NCBI GenBank assembly: GCA_963787255.1
Contig: CAWBCJ010000001.1
Location: forward strand, 80,122-144,121
Direction: 5' to 3'
Length of the DNA: 64,000 nucleotides
Source of the DNA: Methanobacteriota archaeon
Lineage (GTDB): Archaea; Methanobacteriota; Methanobacteria; Methanobacteriales; Methanobacteriaceae
The notes beneath the pieces were generated by a model that was given only the letters and a program-made list of their open reading frames with translations, made no database searches and was not told where the DNA came from. The stretch's first letter is position 1. Each line of letters begins with the position of its first letter. Positions 1 through 9,813 of this stretch are shown here, piece by piece. The position numbers were made by a program, and so were the translations under genes.

Positions 1-347
1 GCACCAATTGTAGTTTCCATAAACTTAATTAAAAACGAAATAGGCATTGCATGGGTTGAAATGTTATACTTAGCTATTTCATCTTTTTGAACTACCCTAA
101 TATGTCCTGGTTCCTTCTTCATTTCCACCGCATCAACCAATATTATGTGGGTGGGCTCTTCATTCCTTATAAGACTCGTATAATTTTCAGGAACAGTACC
201 ACCATCAAAAACAATAACATCATCATTTTTCTCAAATAGATCATTTAGTTTCCATACTATATTGGGACCCAGACCATCATCGCCTTTTATTTCATTTCCT
301 ATACCTAAAATAACAATTTTCCCATGATTTTTAAGAAACTTTTTCAA
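1..347 (-). CDS. hycI: Hydrogenase maturation protease HycI, N-terminal part (runs off the window start)
   Basis: Manual translation from TTG at 347: LKKFLKNHGKIVILGIGNEIKGDDGLGP...VFDGGTVPENY...IILVDAVEM...STHAMP. The GIGN-x3-DDG, VDA and STH motifs are those of Ni-hydrogenase endopeptidases. Overlaps the end of the upstream methyltransferase. Confidence 0.9.
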   Translation of the reverse strand, partial: MKKFLKNHGKIVILGIGNEIKGDDGLGPNIVWKLNDLFEKNDDVIVFDGGTVPENYTSLIRNEEPTHIILVDAVEMKKEPGHIRVVQKDEIAKYNISTHAMPISFLIKFMETTIG

Positions 348-1161
348 CTCTTGTTTTAATACTATTTAATCCACCACCCATCACATAACTGAGTTTGATC
401 TCTATTTGATCTCCCATATCTACATTAATCCTTTTTATAGGAACAAGTAAGGGAGGATTCAACATGGGAGTTGGCCCGCAAATTATTTCTTCAGTAAGCA
501 AAGTGAATGTTGTGATCTTAATTCCTGAGATAATTCCTTCTTTTAAAACTTTAAACTTAATATTAGCCTCTAACTCTTCTTCAATTTTATTTTTAAAATT
601 AATTTCGTTATAAATTACTAGATCACTCATTACTTCATAATTAGGCTTTTGATTGGCTTCAGGGTCTTCATAACAGATGTAATCTCTATCCATGCTGATG
701 ATCTCAGCTCCATTTAGAATCTTGCATGGAATGATATCTCCATCTTTTTTAAGGTATTTTAAAATAGAATTGATTACCGGGATCTGTTCCTCGTCAATTA
801 AAGCGGTGTCTAACATTTCACAGATAATTAAATCGGCCTTATCTTGAAAAATAACTTCTTTTGCATCTTTATTGATTAAAATAATATTATTGAATGGTTT
901 AAAATTATATTCGGCAAATTTTGCTGCTTTAGTATCGATTTCAATAGAATAAACAAAGTTAGAATGAAAAGAGGCTAAAATAGATAAAATTCCGCAGCCT
1001 GCACCAATATCATAAACTATTCCATTGGCTTTTTGTGTTATTGCTTCGTGGAAGGCTGTTAGTCTTTCTTCATCAGATAAAAGATTAAAATGATAAGGTG
1101 TTGTGCGCATTTTAGTTTTTAGTGACTTTAAGTCTACTATAGGCTGTTTTAAAGCGCACAT
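331..1161 (-). CDS. SAM-dependent methyltransferase (PRMT-like archaeal family); true start may be the ATG at 1110
   Basis: Motif I VYDIGAGCG, ADLIICEMLDTALIDEEQ (double-E-loop-like) and TPMLNPP; lies between nikR and hycI. Confidence 0.85.
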   Translation of the reverse strand: MCALKQPIVDLKSLKTKMRTTPYHFNLLSDEERLTAFHEAITQKANGIVYDIGAGCGILSILASFHSNFVYSIEIDTKAAKFAEYNFKPFNNIILINKDAKEVIFQDKADLIICEMLDTALIDEEQIPVINSILKYLKKDGDIIPCKILNGAEIISMDRDYICYEDPEANQKPNYEVMSDLVIYNEINFKNKIEEELEANIKFKVLKEGIISGIKITTFTLLTEEIICGPTPMLNPPLLVPIKRINVDMGDQIEIKLSYVMGGGLNSIKTRVEKVS

Positions 1162-1247
1162 ACTGGATTCTTTTACTTATATATGATCAGACTACTATCT
1201 CTATTGTCTGATAAAATAATAAGTGAGTATTTAAAAAAAAATTAAAT

Positions 1248-1697
1248 TTATGGTGAAATTGTACTACTAGCACCGGATTTTTCTAGATCCATTTGTTTTC
1301 CGATTGCAGTACTGGTTAAACGTACGTGTTCTACACCTTTTAATCTCATTATTTTTTCTGAGAGTGTTCTGATGTATTTAACATCGCCTTTAACGACTAC
1401 TACTTCAAGACAGTGTTTATCGGTCATGTGTACGTGCATTACTGCATTAATGAAATCTTTGTAATCGTGCTGGATTTCTGTAAGGTCTTCCATTACTCCT
1501 GTGTAGTGGTGGTCGTAGATTACGGCGATTATTCCGATTCTTTCTCCTTCCATCTCGTTCATCCATTGGTATCTTACAATGTAGTCTTTTAATGCATCTC
1601 TGATACCTTTTGATCGGGATTGATATCCTCTATCTTTTAGAACTCCATCAAATTCATTTAACAATTTTTTTGGTAGTGACATACTAATTCTCATCAC
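1248..1697 (-). CDS. nikR: Nickel-responsive transcriptional regulator NikR
   Basis: RHH N-terminus MRISMSLP...YQSRSKGIRDA; Ni-binding HVH-x5-C (MHVHMTDKHCLE). Confidence 0.97.
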   Translation of the reverse strand: MMRISMSLPKKLLNEFDGVLKDRGYQSRSKGIRDALKDYIVRYQWMNEMEGERIGIIAVIYDHHYTGVMEDLTEIQHDYKDFINAVMHVHMTDKHCLEVVVVKGDVKYIRTLSEKIMRLKGVEHVRLTSTAIGKQMDLEKSGASSTISP

Positions 1698-1920
1698 ATT
1701 TTCCCCTCCGTTATTACTTTATTATTATCATACTATTTTATAGTATTTAAATGTTGTTACTTTACAACAATATTGTGCAAGCACAACAATATTTATGCAT
1801 ATTATTTTCTTAAAACATATGATATAATACAGTTTCATTATCTTTGTACTATTTAAATATTGTCCTTTACAAGCAATATTGTTCCATGATAACAACAAAT
1901 ATTGTTAATAATTTCCAATA

Positions 1921-1954
1921 ATAGTAATATATATTATGTTATAAGTATTACTAT
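1921..1954. promoter_or_regulatory. Candidate NikR operator ATAGTAATA-N16-TATTACTAT
   Basis: Perfect 9-bp inverted repeat with a 16-bp spacer in the divergent nikR/CBS intergenic region. Same architecture as the E. coli NikR box GTATGA-N16-TCATAC. Confidence 0.7.
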
Positions 1955-2044
1955 TAACATTTTTTGAAAAACACTCTAATTCCCACAATAGCAATATAAA
2001 CTTGAAAAAACAATACTATATGTATACCAAAAAGGAGTGATAGA

Positions 2045-2443
2045 ATGGAAGTTAGAGAAGCAATGAATCAAGGCATAATATCAATCAGTCCAGATACCAG
2101 CCCGCTTGAAGCATTTGAAAAAATGTACAAAGAAGGAGTAAGAAGACTATTCGTTATGGATGATGGAAAAGCTGTTGGCGTAATATCCTACCTTGATCTT
2201 GTAGGTGTACTAGGAACATTAACACCCCGCATTAAAGAATCTGGAGACTTAAAAATCAGTAAAATAATGTCAGAAGATATAATGACTATTGATGCAGGAG
2301 ATAAAATTCAAGATGCAGCAAATTTAATGCTAAGAGCTGACATATCAGGCCTACTAGTCTTAGAAAGCGAAAAACCTATAGGAGTAATTACAAAAACCGA
2401 TATTTGCAGGTTAGTAGCAGCAGAAATCTTAGTTCCACAATAA
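2045..2443 (+). CDS. CBS-domain pair protein
   Basis: Two CBS repeats (VREAM...GVRRLFV...VGVISYLD; ISKIMS...LLV...IGVITKTD); AGGAG RBS. Confidence 0.9.
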   Translation: MEVREAMNQGIISISPDTSPLEAFEKMYKEGVRRLFVMDDGKAVGVISYLDLVGVLGTLTPRIKESGDLKISKIMSEDIMTIDAGDKIQDAANLMLRADISGLLVLESEKPIGVITKTDICRLVAAEILVPQ

Positions 2444-2574
2444 ATACTACCAATAATAATTACAATAATTTATTTAATAAAATTACAAATATTCCGTTAT
2501 ACAAAAATCATTAATTTTAATTATTTATTACAATTTTTTAAAATAAGCAAAAAAAAATATATCCACATATTAAA

Positions 2575-2648
<74 letters not shown>

Positions 2649-2650
2649 GA

Positions 2651-2724
2651 TGCGGCGTCCGGGATTTGAACCCGGGTCACTGACGTGGCAGGCCAGAGTC
2701 TTAACCAGACTGGACTAACGCCGC
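2651..2724 (-). tRNA. tRNA-Gly(GCC)
   Basis: Reverse complement GCGGCGTTAGTCCAGTCTGGTTAAGACTCTGGCCT-GCC-ACGTCAGTGACCCGGGTTCAAATCCCGGACGCCGCA folds as a cloverleaf. Confidence 0.97.
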
Positions 2725-2748
2725 ATACCCCTAATTTTAGGCTCATAG

Positions 2749-2756
2749 TATATAAA
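2749..2756 (-). promoter_or_regulatory. Archaeal TATA box for the tRNA-Gly pair
   Basis: TTTATATA on the minus strand about 25 nt upstream of the tRNA-Gly(GCC) 5' end. Confidence 0.7.
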
Positions 2757-2835
2757 CATTTAGGTAAATGGAAATCAAATATCAAATTAAACTTAAAAAT
2801 ATGTTTCTAATTCATACTATTATAATTTCATATAT

Positions 2836-3882
2836 TTATATCCACTTTTTCCTTCTAAAGTAAATCAACATGAAAACAGCGAGTATAAACATGACTAATA
2901 AAACAATAGGATATGAAAGAGGATGCTCAATTTCAGGCATAAATCTAAAATTCATCCCATAAAGACCAACAATAAAAGTTAAAGGAACAAAAATAGTTGA
3001 TATAATTGTTAAAACCCTTACAATTTCATTTAATCTATTACTGGTACTTGAAAGATAAATATCAAGCATTTCAGAAATTCTATCTCTAAATGATTCCAGT
3101 GTTTCAAAAACATGCATTGAATGATCATAAACGTCACGAATGTAAAAGTTGGTTGATTCCTCAATTAGAGAATAGTCCTTTGATTCAAGGTCGCTTAACA
3201 TTTCTCGAAGGGGCCAGATCGCTTTTCTTAAAGTAATAATGTCTATTTTGATATGATGAATAAGCTGGAGAACATTGGAATTTACATTTTTAATTAATTC
3301 TTCTTCTATTAACTCTATTCTATCTTCAAGCTCTTCTAAATCTAAGAAATAACTATCAATTACAGTATCAATAAGAGAATATAGCAAATAGTCTGCCCCT
3401 CTTTTTCTTATTGGATTGTCCTTCGATTTCAACCGTTTTAAAACCATGTCAAATATTTTATCATTATCATCCTGGAAACTGATTACAAGATTATTTTCAA
3501 GGATAAAGCTAATTTGTTTAGTGGTTATACGGTCTTCTTTGTCAGTATCAAATAATTTCAAAACAAGATATAGATAATCATTATAATCTTCAATTTTAGG
3601 TCTTTGATTGGTATTTAAAATGTCTTCCACCACTAATAGGTGTAAATTAAAACATTTACCTATTTCTTTTAATTTTTCTATCCCTGAAAAGCCATTTATC
3701 TTTATCCATTTGATTGTATCTTTATTTTTAAATTCAGGGCATTTTTCAATTGTTTTCTGGTGAAAAGTTTCTTTATCGAATTCAATAAAGGTTATTGTAG
3801 TTTCTATATCCTTTTTACCTGTGTAAATTAAAGATCCTGGTGGAAGGCCTGGTTTTTTGGATAGTCGCTTAATATTCAACAT
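2836..3882 (-). CDS. corA: Magnesium/cobalt transporter CorA
   Basis: GLPPGSL N-terminus, EDILNTNQRPKIE, C-terminal YGMNF and MPE signature with two TM helices. Confidence 0.97.
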   Translation of the reverse strand: MLNIKRLSKKPGLPPGSLIYTGKKDIETTITFIEFDKETFHQKTIEKCPEFKNKDTIKWIKINGFSGIEKLKEIGKCFNLHLLVVEDILNTNQRPKIEDYNDYLYLVLKLFDTDKEDRITTKQISFILENNLVISFQDDNDKIFDMVLKRLKSKDNPIRKRGADYLLYSLIDTVIDSYFLDLEELEDRIELIEEELIKNVNSNVLQLIHHIKIDIITLRKAIWPLREMLSDLESKDYSLIEESTNFYIRDVYDHSMHVFETLESFRDRISEMLDIYLSSTSNRLNEIVRVLTIISTIFVPLTFIVGLYGMNFRFMPEIEHPLSYPIVLLVMFILAVFMLIYFRRKKWI

Positions 3883-4218
3883 TTTTTCACTATTATTACA
3901 TTATTCATTTTATTTGTAATAACAGTATAACATTTTTATATATATTTTATGTTCTTATTTCATATTTTTAAAGCATCAAAATCATTGTATTGCTGAATAG
4001 CATATAATAATCAATTAAACTAAGAAATATAGGCTGACTTAATCTTTTAATCACTTAAAGTATCTTAAATAATGAAAACATTTATATATTAAGTAATTGA
4101 AAATGTCTTTCGATTTAAATACATAGATATTTTCAACTATAAACTATTTTAAAAAAAATAGAACCTTTATTGTCGTTAGTATCATAAAAATTGTGATAAT
4201 AAAACAGGAGGCTTAAAA

Positions 4219-5592
4219 ACGGACATAAATTTTAAGAAATATGGACTACCAGTGGCTATACTTGCTTTTATAGTCGTAATGCTAATTCCTATGAATGGTT
4301 TAAGTTATCCTGGTCAAGCAGCAATCGCATTACTTGTATTCGCCATAATAATGTGGGCGACAGAAGCCGTACACCTAGCTGTTACTTCTTTAATAATATT
4401 GTTTATACAGCCCATAATTGGAGTTGAGAGTTTTAACGATGCTGTAATTGGTTTTGCCAATCCTATCATCTTCCTTATGATCGGTGGTTTTATTATTGCT
4501 GAGGCAATTCGTAAAAGCGGATTAGCTACACGTTTAACCTATGTAATGCTTAATAAGTTTGGTACCAGTCCAGATAGAAGCATTTTTGTTGCAGTATTTT
4601 CAACAGGACTATTATCTGCATGGATTGAAAACGTTGTAGCCTTTGCAATGCTACTTCCCATCATCAAAAGTATCATACCACTTATGGGAGTTAAAGATCC
4701 CGAAAAAGGTAAAAGTAACTTCGCAAAAGCCATGATTCTTGGAGCATCCTACGGTTCTCTTGCCGGAGGATTCGGAACAGAAATAGGAACCGCCCCTAAC
4801 TTAATGGCAGCAGCATACACAGGAATACCATTTGCAACCTGGATGGTCTTCGGATTCCCACTAGCAATTATAATGATGCTTATAATCTGGAAATTACTCG
4901 GAAGAATATACAAACCAGAAGTAAGCGGAATAGTAGGCGGAATGGACACTATCACCTCCAAAATCGAATCATTAGGATCCATGAGTAAAACAGAAAAACT
5001 CACACTAATTATACTCCTATTCACAATTGGACTATGGGTTACAACAAGTATCACAGGGCTAAACAGTTACTCAGTTGCTTTAATTGGTGCAGTACTCTTT
5101 TTCATATTCAAAGTTATCGACTGGCATGATGCTCAAAATGGTGTTGACTGGGGTTTAATAATCTTCTTCGGAGGAGCACTATCTCTTGGAGCAGCATTAT
5201 TAAATACTGGAGCAGCAGCATGGCTCATAAACGACCTACTAGGATTACTAGGTAACAACGTATCAACACTTGCAATAACAATAGTTCTGATGATTATTGC
5301 AGTCAGCATAACACAAGTAATGTCTAACATTGCATTAGCAGCAATATTAATACCACTATCAGTCACACTCGCAGCAGCACAGGGACAACCAGTAGGAACA
5401 TACGCAGTACCAGTAGCAATCGCCTGCAGTCTCTCATTCGCACTTCCAATGGCAGACCCAACAGTCGCCATGGCTTACGGAACAGGATACGTGAAAATAA
5501 CGGAAATACTAAAAGCAGGAATACCACTAATAGTGATAGGCATTATAATAGCCATTATAGTCCTAACCCTTGCAAAACCATTACTTGGATAA
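4219..5592 (+). CDS. DASS/SLC13 sodium-coupled anion (sulfate/dicarboxylate) symporter; RBS-aligned start is ACG at 4219, first canonical start is GTG at 4252
   Basis: Hydrophobic; [37 protein letters not shown] and FALPMADP are DASS motifs. AGGAGG at 4206-4211 is followed by in-frame ACG GAC ATA AAT TTT AAG. Confidence 0.88.
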   Translation, partial: TDINFKKYGLPVAILAFIVVMLIPMNGLSYPGQAAIALLVFAIIMWATEAVHLAVTSLIILFIQPIIGVESFNDAVIGFANPIIFLMIGGFIIAEAIRKSGLATRLTYVMLNKFGTSPDRSIFVAVFSTGLLSAWIENVVAFAMLLPIIKSIIPLMGVKDPEKGKSNFAKAMILGASYGSLAGGFGTEIGTAPNLMAAAYTGIPFATWMVFGFPLAIIMMLIIWKLLGRIYKPEVSGIVGGMDTITSKIESLGSMSKTEKLTLIILLFTIGLWVTTSITGLNSYSVALIGAVLFFIFKVIDWHDAQNGVDWGLIIFFGGALSLGAALLNTGAAAWLINDLLGLLGNNVSTLAITIVLMIIAVSITQVMSNIALAAILIPLSVTLAAAQGQPVGTYAVPVAIACSLSFALPMADPTVAMAYGTGYVKITEILKAGIPLIVIGIIIAIIVLTLAKPLLG

Positions 5593-5602
5593 TAAGTTAT
5601 TA

Positions 5603-5638
5603 GAAAATGTAGAATCACATTTTCTACACTCTTTTTTA
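5603..5638 (+). terminator. Hairpin plus T-tract after the DASS gene
   Basis: GAAAATGT-AGAATC-ACATTTTC inverted repeat followed by T-rich sequence. Confidence 0.4.
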
Positions 5639-5803
5639 TTTAAATCTATTGTCCTTTATTTTCTTTTTTTATTAATCAGAAAAATTTATTACTAATATTA
5701 TGCTATTTTTAAAGGGTAAATAATATTATATAAAATATTAAATAGTCTATACATTCGATACATTTATATAGAGATGAAAGGCAACATTCTTCCGGTGAGC
5801 TAA

Positions 5804-6835
5804 ATGGACATATTTTTAATAGAGTTAATAGTGATTTTAATTGTTTCTTTAATCATAGTAATAAAATCAGCTGATATATTTGTAGACAATTTAGTGGAAA
5901 TAGGCGCTCTAGTTGGAATATCACAAATAATATTGGGTGTAACGGCATCAGCTATTGGGACATCTCTACCCGAATTTGGTTCTGCAATGATAGCTACTTT
6001 CACTGGTAGTGCAGATATAGGGGTTGGTGTTGTAATTGGATCAAATATATGGAACATTGCAGGTATATTAGGTATTACAGCAGCATTTACAGGAGTAATT
6101 AAGACCAGTCCTAAAGGATTATCTCGAGATGGGGCAGTAACACTTGCTACAGCATTAATTCTTATATTTTTCATGTTCTTCGGCGATATTGGTAAAATAG
6201 CAGCTATTGTTTTCATAATAGTCTATGCAATTTATCTAAGAGCATTAATAAAATCTCAAAAAGAAGAAACTGCTGAAAATAACGAAAAACAGATTGAAAA
6301 TGAACTCGAAAACAGTGAAAAACAAATTGAAAATGAGTCTAAAGTTAAAGAAGGTTCATTTCTATCTAAACTTAAAACTATCAGTCCTAAAACCCTAATA
6401 TGGACTTTAATAGGGCTTGCAGGGTTGATAGTTGGATGTAGACTATTAGTTTATAGTGGAGTAGAACTTGGAAAAATTTTGGGTATTCCTGAAATGATTA
6501 TGGGACTCTTTACACTTGCAATAGGAACAAGCATACCTGAACTTGTTGTTACCTTTTCATCTGCTAGGAAAGGATTGCACGATTTATCAATAGGAACTAT
6601 ATTAGGAAGTAACACCTTTAATATCATGATAGGTATTGGATTACCTGCTCTCTTTCTAAATATACCTGTAGAACCTCTTTCACTTGCATTTGATGCTCCA
6701 GTAATGATTTTTGTCACAATACTAGTGCTTCTACTAATAAAAAGAGGCATGAAACTTACTAGAGTTGATGGAATCATATTAATGGCAACTTATGTTGCAT
6801 ATGCGGTTATAAGAATAGGATTTTTAGGGGGATAA
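5804..6835 (+). CDS. Cation:Ca2+ (Na+/Ca2+) antiporter, CaCA family
   Basis: Two alpha repeats (AIGTSLPE...IGSNIWN; AIGTSIPE...LGSNTFN) flanking an acidic loop. Confidence 0.93.
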   Translation: MDIFLIELIVILIVSLIIVIKSADIFVDNLVEIGALVGISQIILGVTASAIGTSLPEFGSAMIATFTGSADIGVGVVIGSNIWNIAGILGITAAFTGVIKTSPKGLSRDGAVTLATALILIFFMFFGDIGKIAAIVFIIVYAIYLRALIKSQKEETAENNEKQIENELENSEKQIENESKVKEGSFLSKLKTISPKTLIWTLIGLAGLIVGCRLLVYSGVELGKILGIPEMIMGLFTLAIGTSIPELVVTFSSARKGLHDLSIGTILGSNTFNIMIGIGLPALFLNIPVEPLSLAFDAPVMIFVTILVLLLIKRGMKLTRVDGIILMATYVAYAVIRIGFLGG

Positions 6836-6839
6836 CTAG

Positions 6840-7295
6840 ATGTATGAGAAAATTTTAGTACCAACTACTGGCGAATATCTTGATGAAATAATTGAACATA
6901 CTCTTGATTTAGTACATGGAAGACCAATGGAAGTTATTGGTCTTTATGTAGTAGATAATTCTGCACCTTTTTTAACTCCAAGTAAAGTAAAAGAAATGAT
7001 GGTTACTGAGCTAAAAGAGAGAGGAAAAAAAGTTTTAGAAAGCATGGAACAGGAATTCCAAAAGATAAATAATAATGCTATCAAGTTTAGACCAATGCTT
7101 GTTGAAGGGAATCCTGCTCATAAAATTGTTAAAATTGCTGAAAAAGAAAATATAGACGTTATAGTTATGGGTACTGGAAAAAGCAAAATAGATAAGAATT
7201 TACTTGGAAGCGTATCAGAAAAAGTAGTACATGCTGCTCCGTGTACAATACTATTGATAAGGTCAAAACACAAACCTTTAGAAGATATTGAATAG
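6840..7295 (+). CDS. Universal stress protein
   Basis: [21 protein letters not shown]-x2-[11 protein letters not shown]. Confidence 0.93.
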   Translation: MYEKILVPTTGEYLDEIIEHTLDLVHGRPMEVIGLYVVDNSAPFLTPSKVKEMMVTELKERGKKVLESMEQEFQKINNNAIKFRPMLVEGNPAHKIVKIAEKENIDVIVMGTGKSKIDKNLLGSVSEKVVHAAPCTILLIRSKHKPLEDIE

Positions 7296-7339
7296 GTTTG
7301 TAGAATTAATATTCTACATTTTCTTTTATTTTAAAAATT

Positions 7340-8858
7340 TTATTCAATAGATTTTTCAATAACCGATAAATCAACGTTATCTTCAACTATTTCTGCCAGT
7401 CTATCAATTGAAAACTTCTTCAATGTTTCAAAGTTATCCTCACCGAATCCAAGAGCATCAAGACCATTTTGAACCCTTAAATAATCTGTAAACACTCTTC
7501 TAAACTTGAAATTATGGAATATGCCGTGTAAGTAAGTTCCTGAATTTAATCCATTCACTGCACCATCATATCCTGAGGCATTATTTCCGCATCCTTTAAT
7601 GATTTTAAATAGATGGTTTAGAATTTCCAAGAGTTGTTAAACCTTCATGAAGTTCGTATCCTTTAACAGAATCTCCTTTTAGAGTTTCGAACATTCCATT
7701 ACCTAAAATTTCTGCTTTACTTTGAGTCACAATTTTTTCTATTTTTTCAAACTTTGTTTTAGTATCTAAAATGCCAATTCCTTCGACACTACCGTGTTTA
7801 GATTCTTTAAATGTTTTATCAATAATTTTAGTTCCAAGTATCTGGTATCCTCCGCAGATTCCAAAAATTGGGATTTCTTTTGATAATTGAAGGATTTCAT
7901 CTGTAAATCCAGCTTCATTTAAAGCTATCATGTCGTTAACTGTATTTCTGGTTCCGGGAATCACTAAAGCATCCAATTTACCCATCTCGTCTCCCATTTC
8001 AATTAGATTAATGCCCACGTCTGGTTCATATTCTAGAGGATCAATATCGGTGAAATTGGATATTCTGGGAAGTCTCATTACTCCAATATTTATTTTCTCG
8101 TTTTTACTGTATTTTCGCTCTGAAAGAGATGCTGAATCTTCTTCAGGAAGCTTAAGGCTTTGGTCATAGGGCATGACACCGAGAACAGGCACACCTACAA
8201 TTTCTTCAATTTGACGAATTCCTGGAATTAATATGTCCAGATTTCCCCTGAATTTGTTGATTATAATTCCTTTTATCCTTTTTCTGTCCTTTTCATCTAA
8301 CAATGCAAATGTACCGGCTATAGAAGCAAAAACACCGCCTCTGTCAATATCGGCCACTAAAATAACATCTGCGTCAGCTAAATGCGCTATTTTCATGTTG
8401 GCAAGGTCTTTATCCTTCATGTTAATTTCTGCGGGGGATCCTGCTCCTTCAATTACAATAATATCATATTCACTTTTTAAAGTATCTAAAGATTCTTTTA
8501 TAGCTTTTAAAGCTTTTTCTCTAAAAGAAGTTTGATAATCATAGAAATTCATGTCATTAACGGGTTTTCCATGCACTATCACCTGAGATATGAAGTCTTC
8601 TTTGGGTTTAAGTAAAATGGGATTCATGTGATAAGAAGGTTCGACCCCTGCTGCTTCTGCTTGTAAAACCTGAGCTATGGCAATTTCTGCGTTTTCATAA
8701 GTTGTATAAGAGTTCAAGGACATGTTTTGAGATTTAAAGGGTGCAACTTTATATCCTCTTTTTGAAAATATTCTGCAAAGTGCAGCAACAACAACACTCT
8801 TTCCAGCGTTTGATGATGTCCCTTGTACCATTATACATCTATTATTGTTAGAACTCAC
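7340..8858 (-). CDS. cobQ: Cobyric acid synthase CobQ, split by a +1 frameshift near 7614 (probably a sequence error)
   Basis: QGTSSNAGKS, PFKSQNMSLN, IEGAGSPAE, GICGGYQ, GYELHEG. The C-terminal GTYLHGIF motif lies in a second frame (7340-7630); removing one T in CCATCTATTT joins the two. Confidence 0.92.
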
Positions 8859-9105
8859 TGATTTGCCTCCGCTAAAATAAACAGTATTAGTTTCACTTAA
8901 TCATTTACCTGAAATTAATGCTTAGATAATATATCTGTTACTATTCTTTAACTTAATAGATATTTTCATAAATTATAACTAACATAATAAAAAAAATAGT
9001 GAATTATTATAATTCATTCAATGAAAAGATCCAGTAAAATTTATAGGCATACTGTAAAAATGATGTAATATTAACCATAATTGAATCATTTTATGGAGGA
9101 TTATC

Positions 9106-9360
9106 ATGATAAATAAAAAAGGTGAATTGCCAAAAACTGTTTTAAAGACAGAAAGCTTGTTTTATAACGAACTTAAAGATTTTAAAGGTGAAAACGTTAC
9201 AATTACAATGCTTAGCGGACATTTAATACATGCAAAGGTACTTGCCATCGAATTTAATGACTTAAATTTCATTATAGAATATGCTGATGGAATTAAAGAA
9301 ATGATAAGGGGCGGTTCAATTCAAAGTGTTAGGTTAGGATCTAAAATTGAAAAAGAATAA
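9106..9360 (+). CDS. Small Sm/Lsm/Hfq-like fold protein
   Basis: GGAGGA RBS; Sm1-like LKDFKGENVTITMLSGHLIHAKVLAIE..LNFII and Sm2-like MIRGGSIQSV. Confidence 0.6.
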   Translation: MINKKGELPKTVLKTESLFYNELKDFKGENVTITMLSGHLIHAKVLAIEFNDLNFIIEYADGIKEMIRGGSIQSVRLGSKIEKE

Positions 9361-9813
9361 TATAATACACTGCACTTAATTTGGTAATATGGAATTACAG
9401 AGAATAGTAATGTCTACTGAAAATAAGTTATTTCATTTGCAAATTATTATTATAGCAGTTGAAAGATAAAAAACCAATATTTTAGCCTAAGCTTCTAATT
9501 TTAAATCAATTTATCCTTTTTTATTTTTAAATTAAATTCTGCAGGTGTTTTTTACTAAAAAAAGTTATATAAATAATTCCACATCAAAAAATATTGATTT
9601 ATAAAAGTATAAATATGCTATTAGTCATAATAATTAACTGAATAAAAATTTAAAATATTAAATTCATTTAATTTTAAGAAAAATATTTTTTAAAGAAGAA
9701 ATAGAAAAGTAGATATTTATATATACCAATAGTATATATTAATAAATTTAATATTAAAAATAAAATGTTGATTTTTATTACAAAAATGAATAAATAGGAG
9801 GTTGTCATGAATC

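Noticed and set aside
1186-1212. ATCAGAC-N13-GTCTGAT inverted repeat, possible C/D box sRNA
   Set aside because: No proper RUGAUGA C box or internal C'/D' boxes; a single 7-bp repeat is weak evidence.
6274-6337. 33-bp tandem duplication in the CaCA antiporter loop (ENNEKQIENEL/ENSEKQIENES)
   Set aside because: Ordinary expansion of a variable acidic loop.
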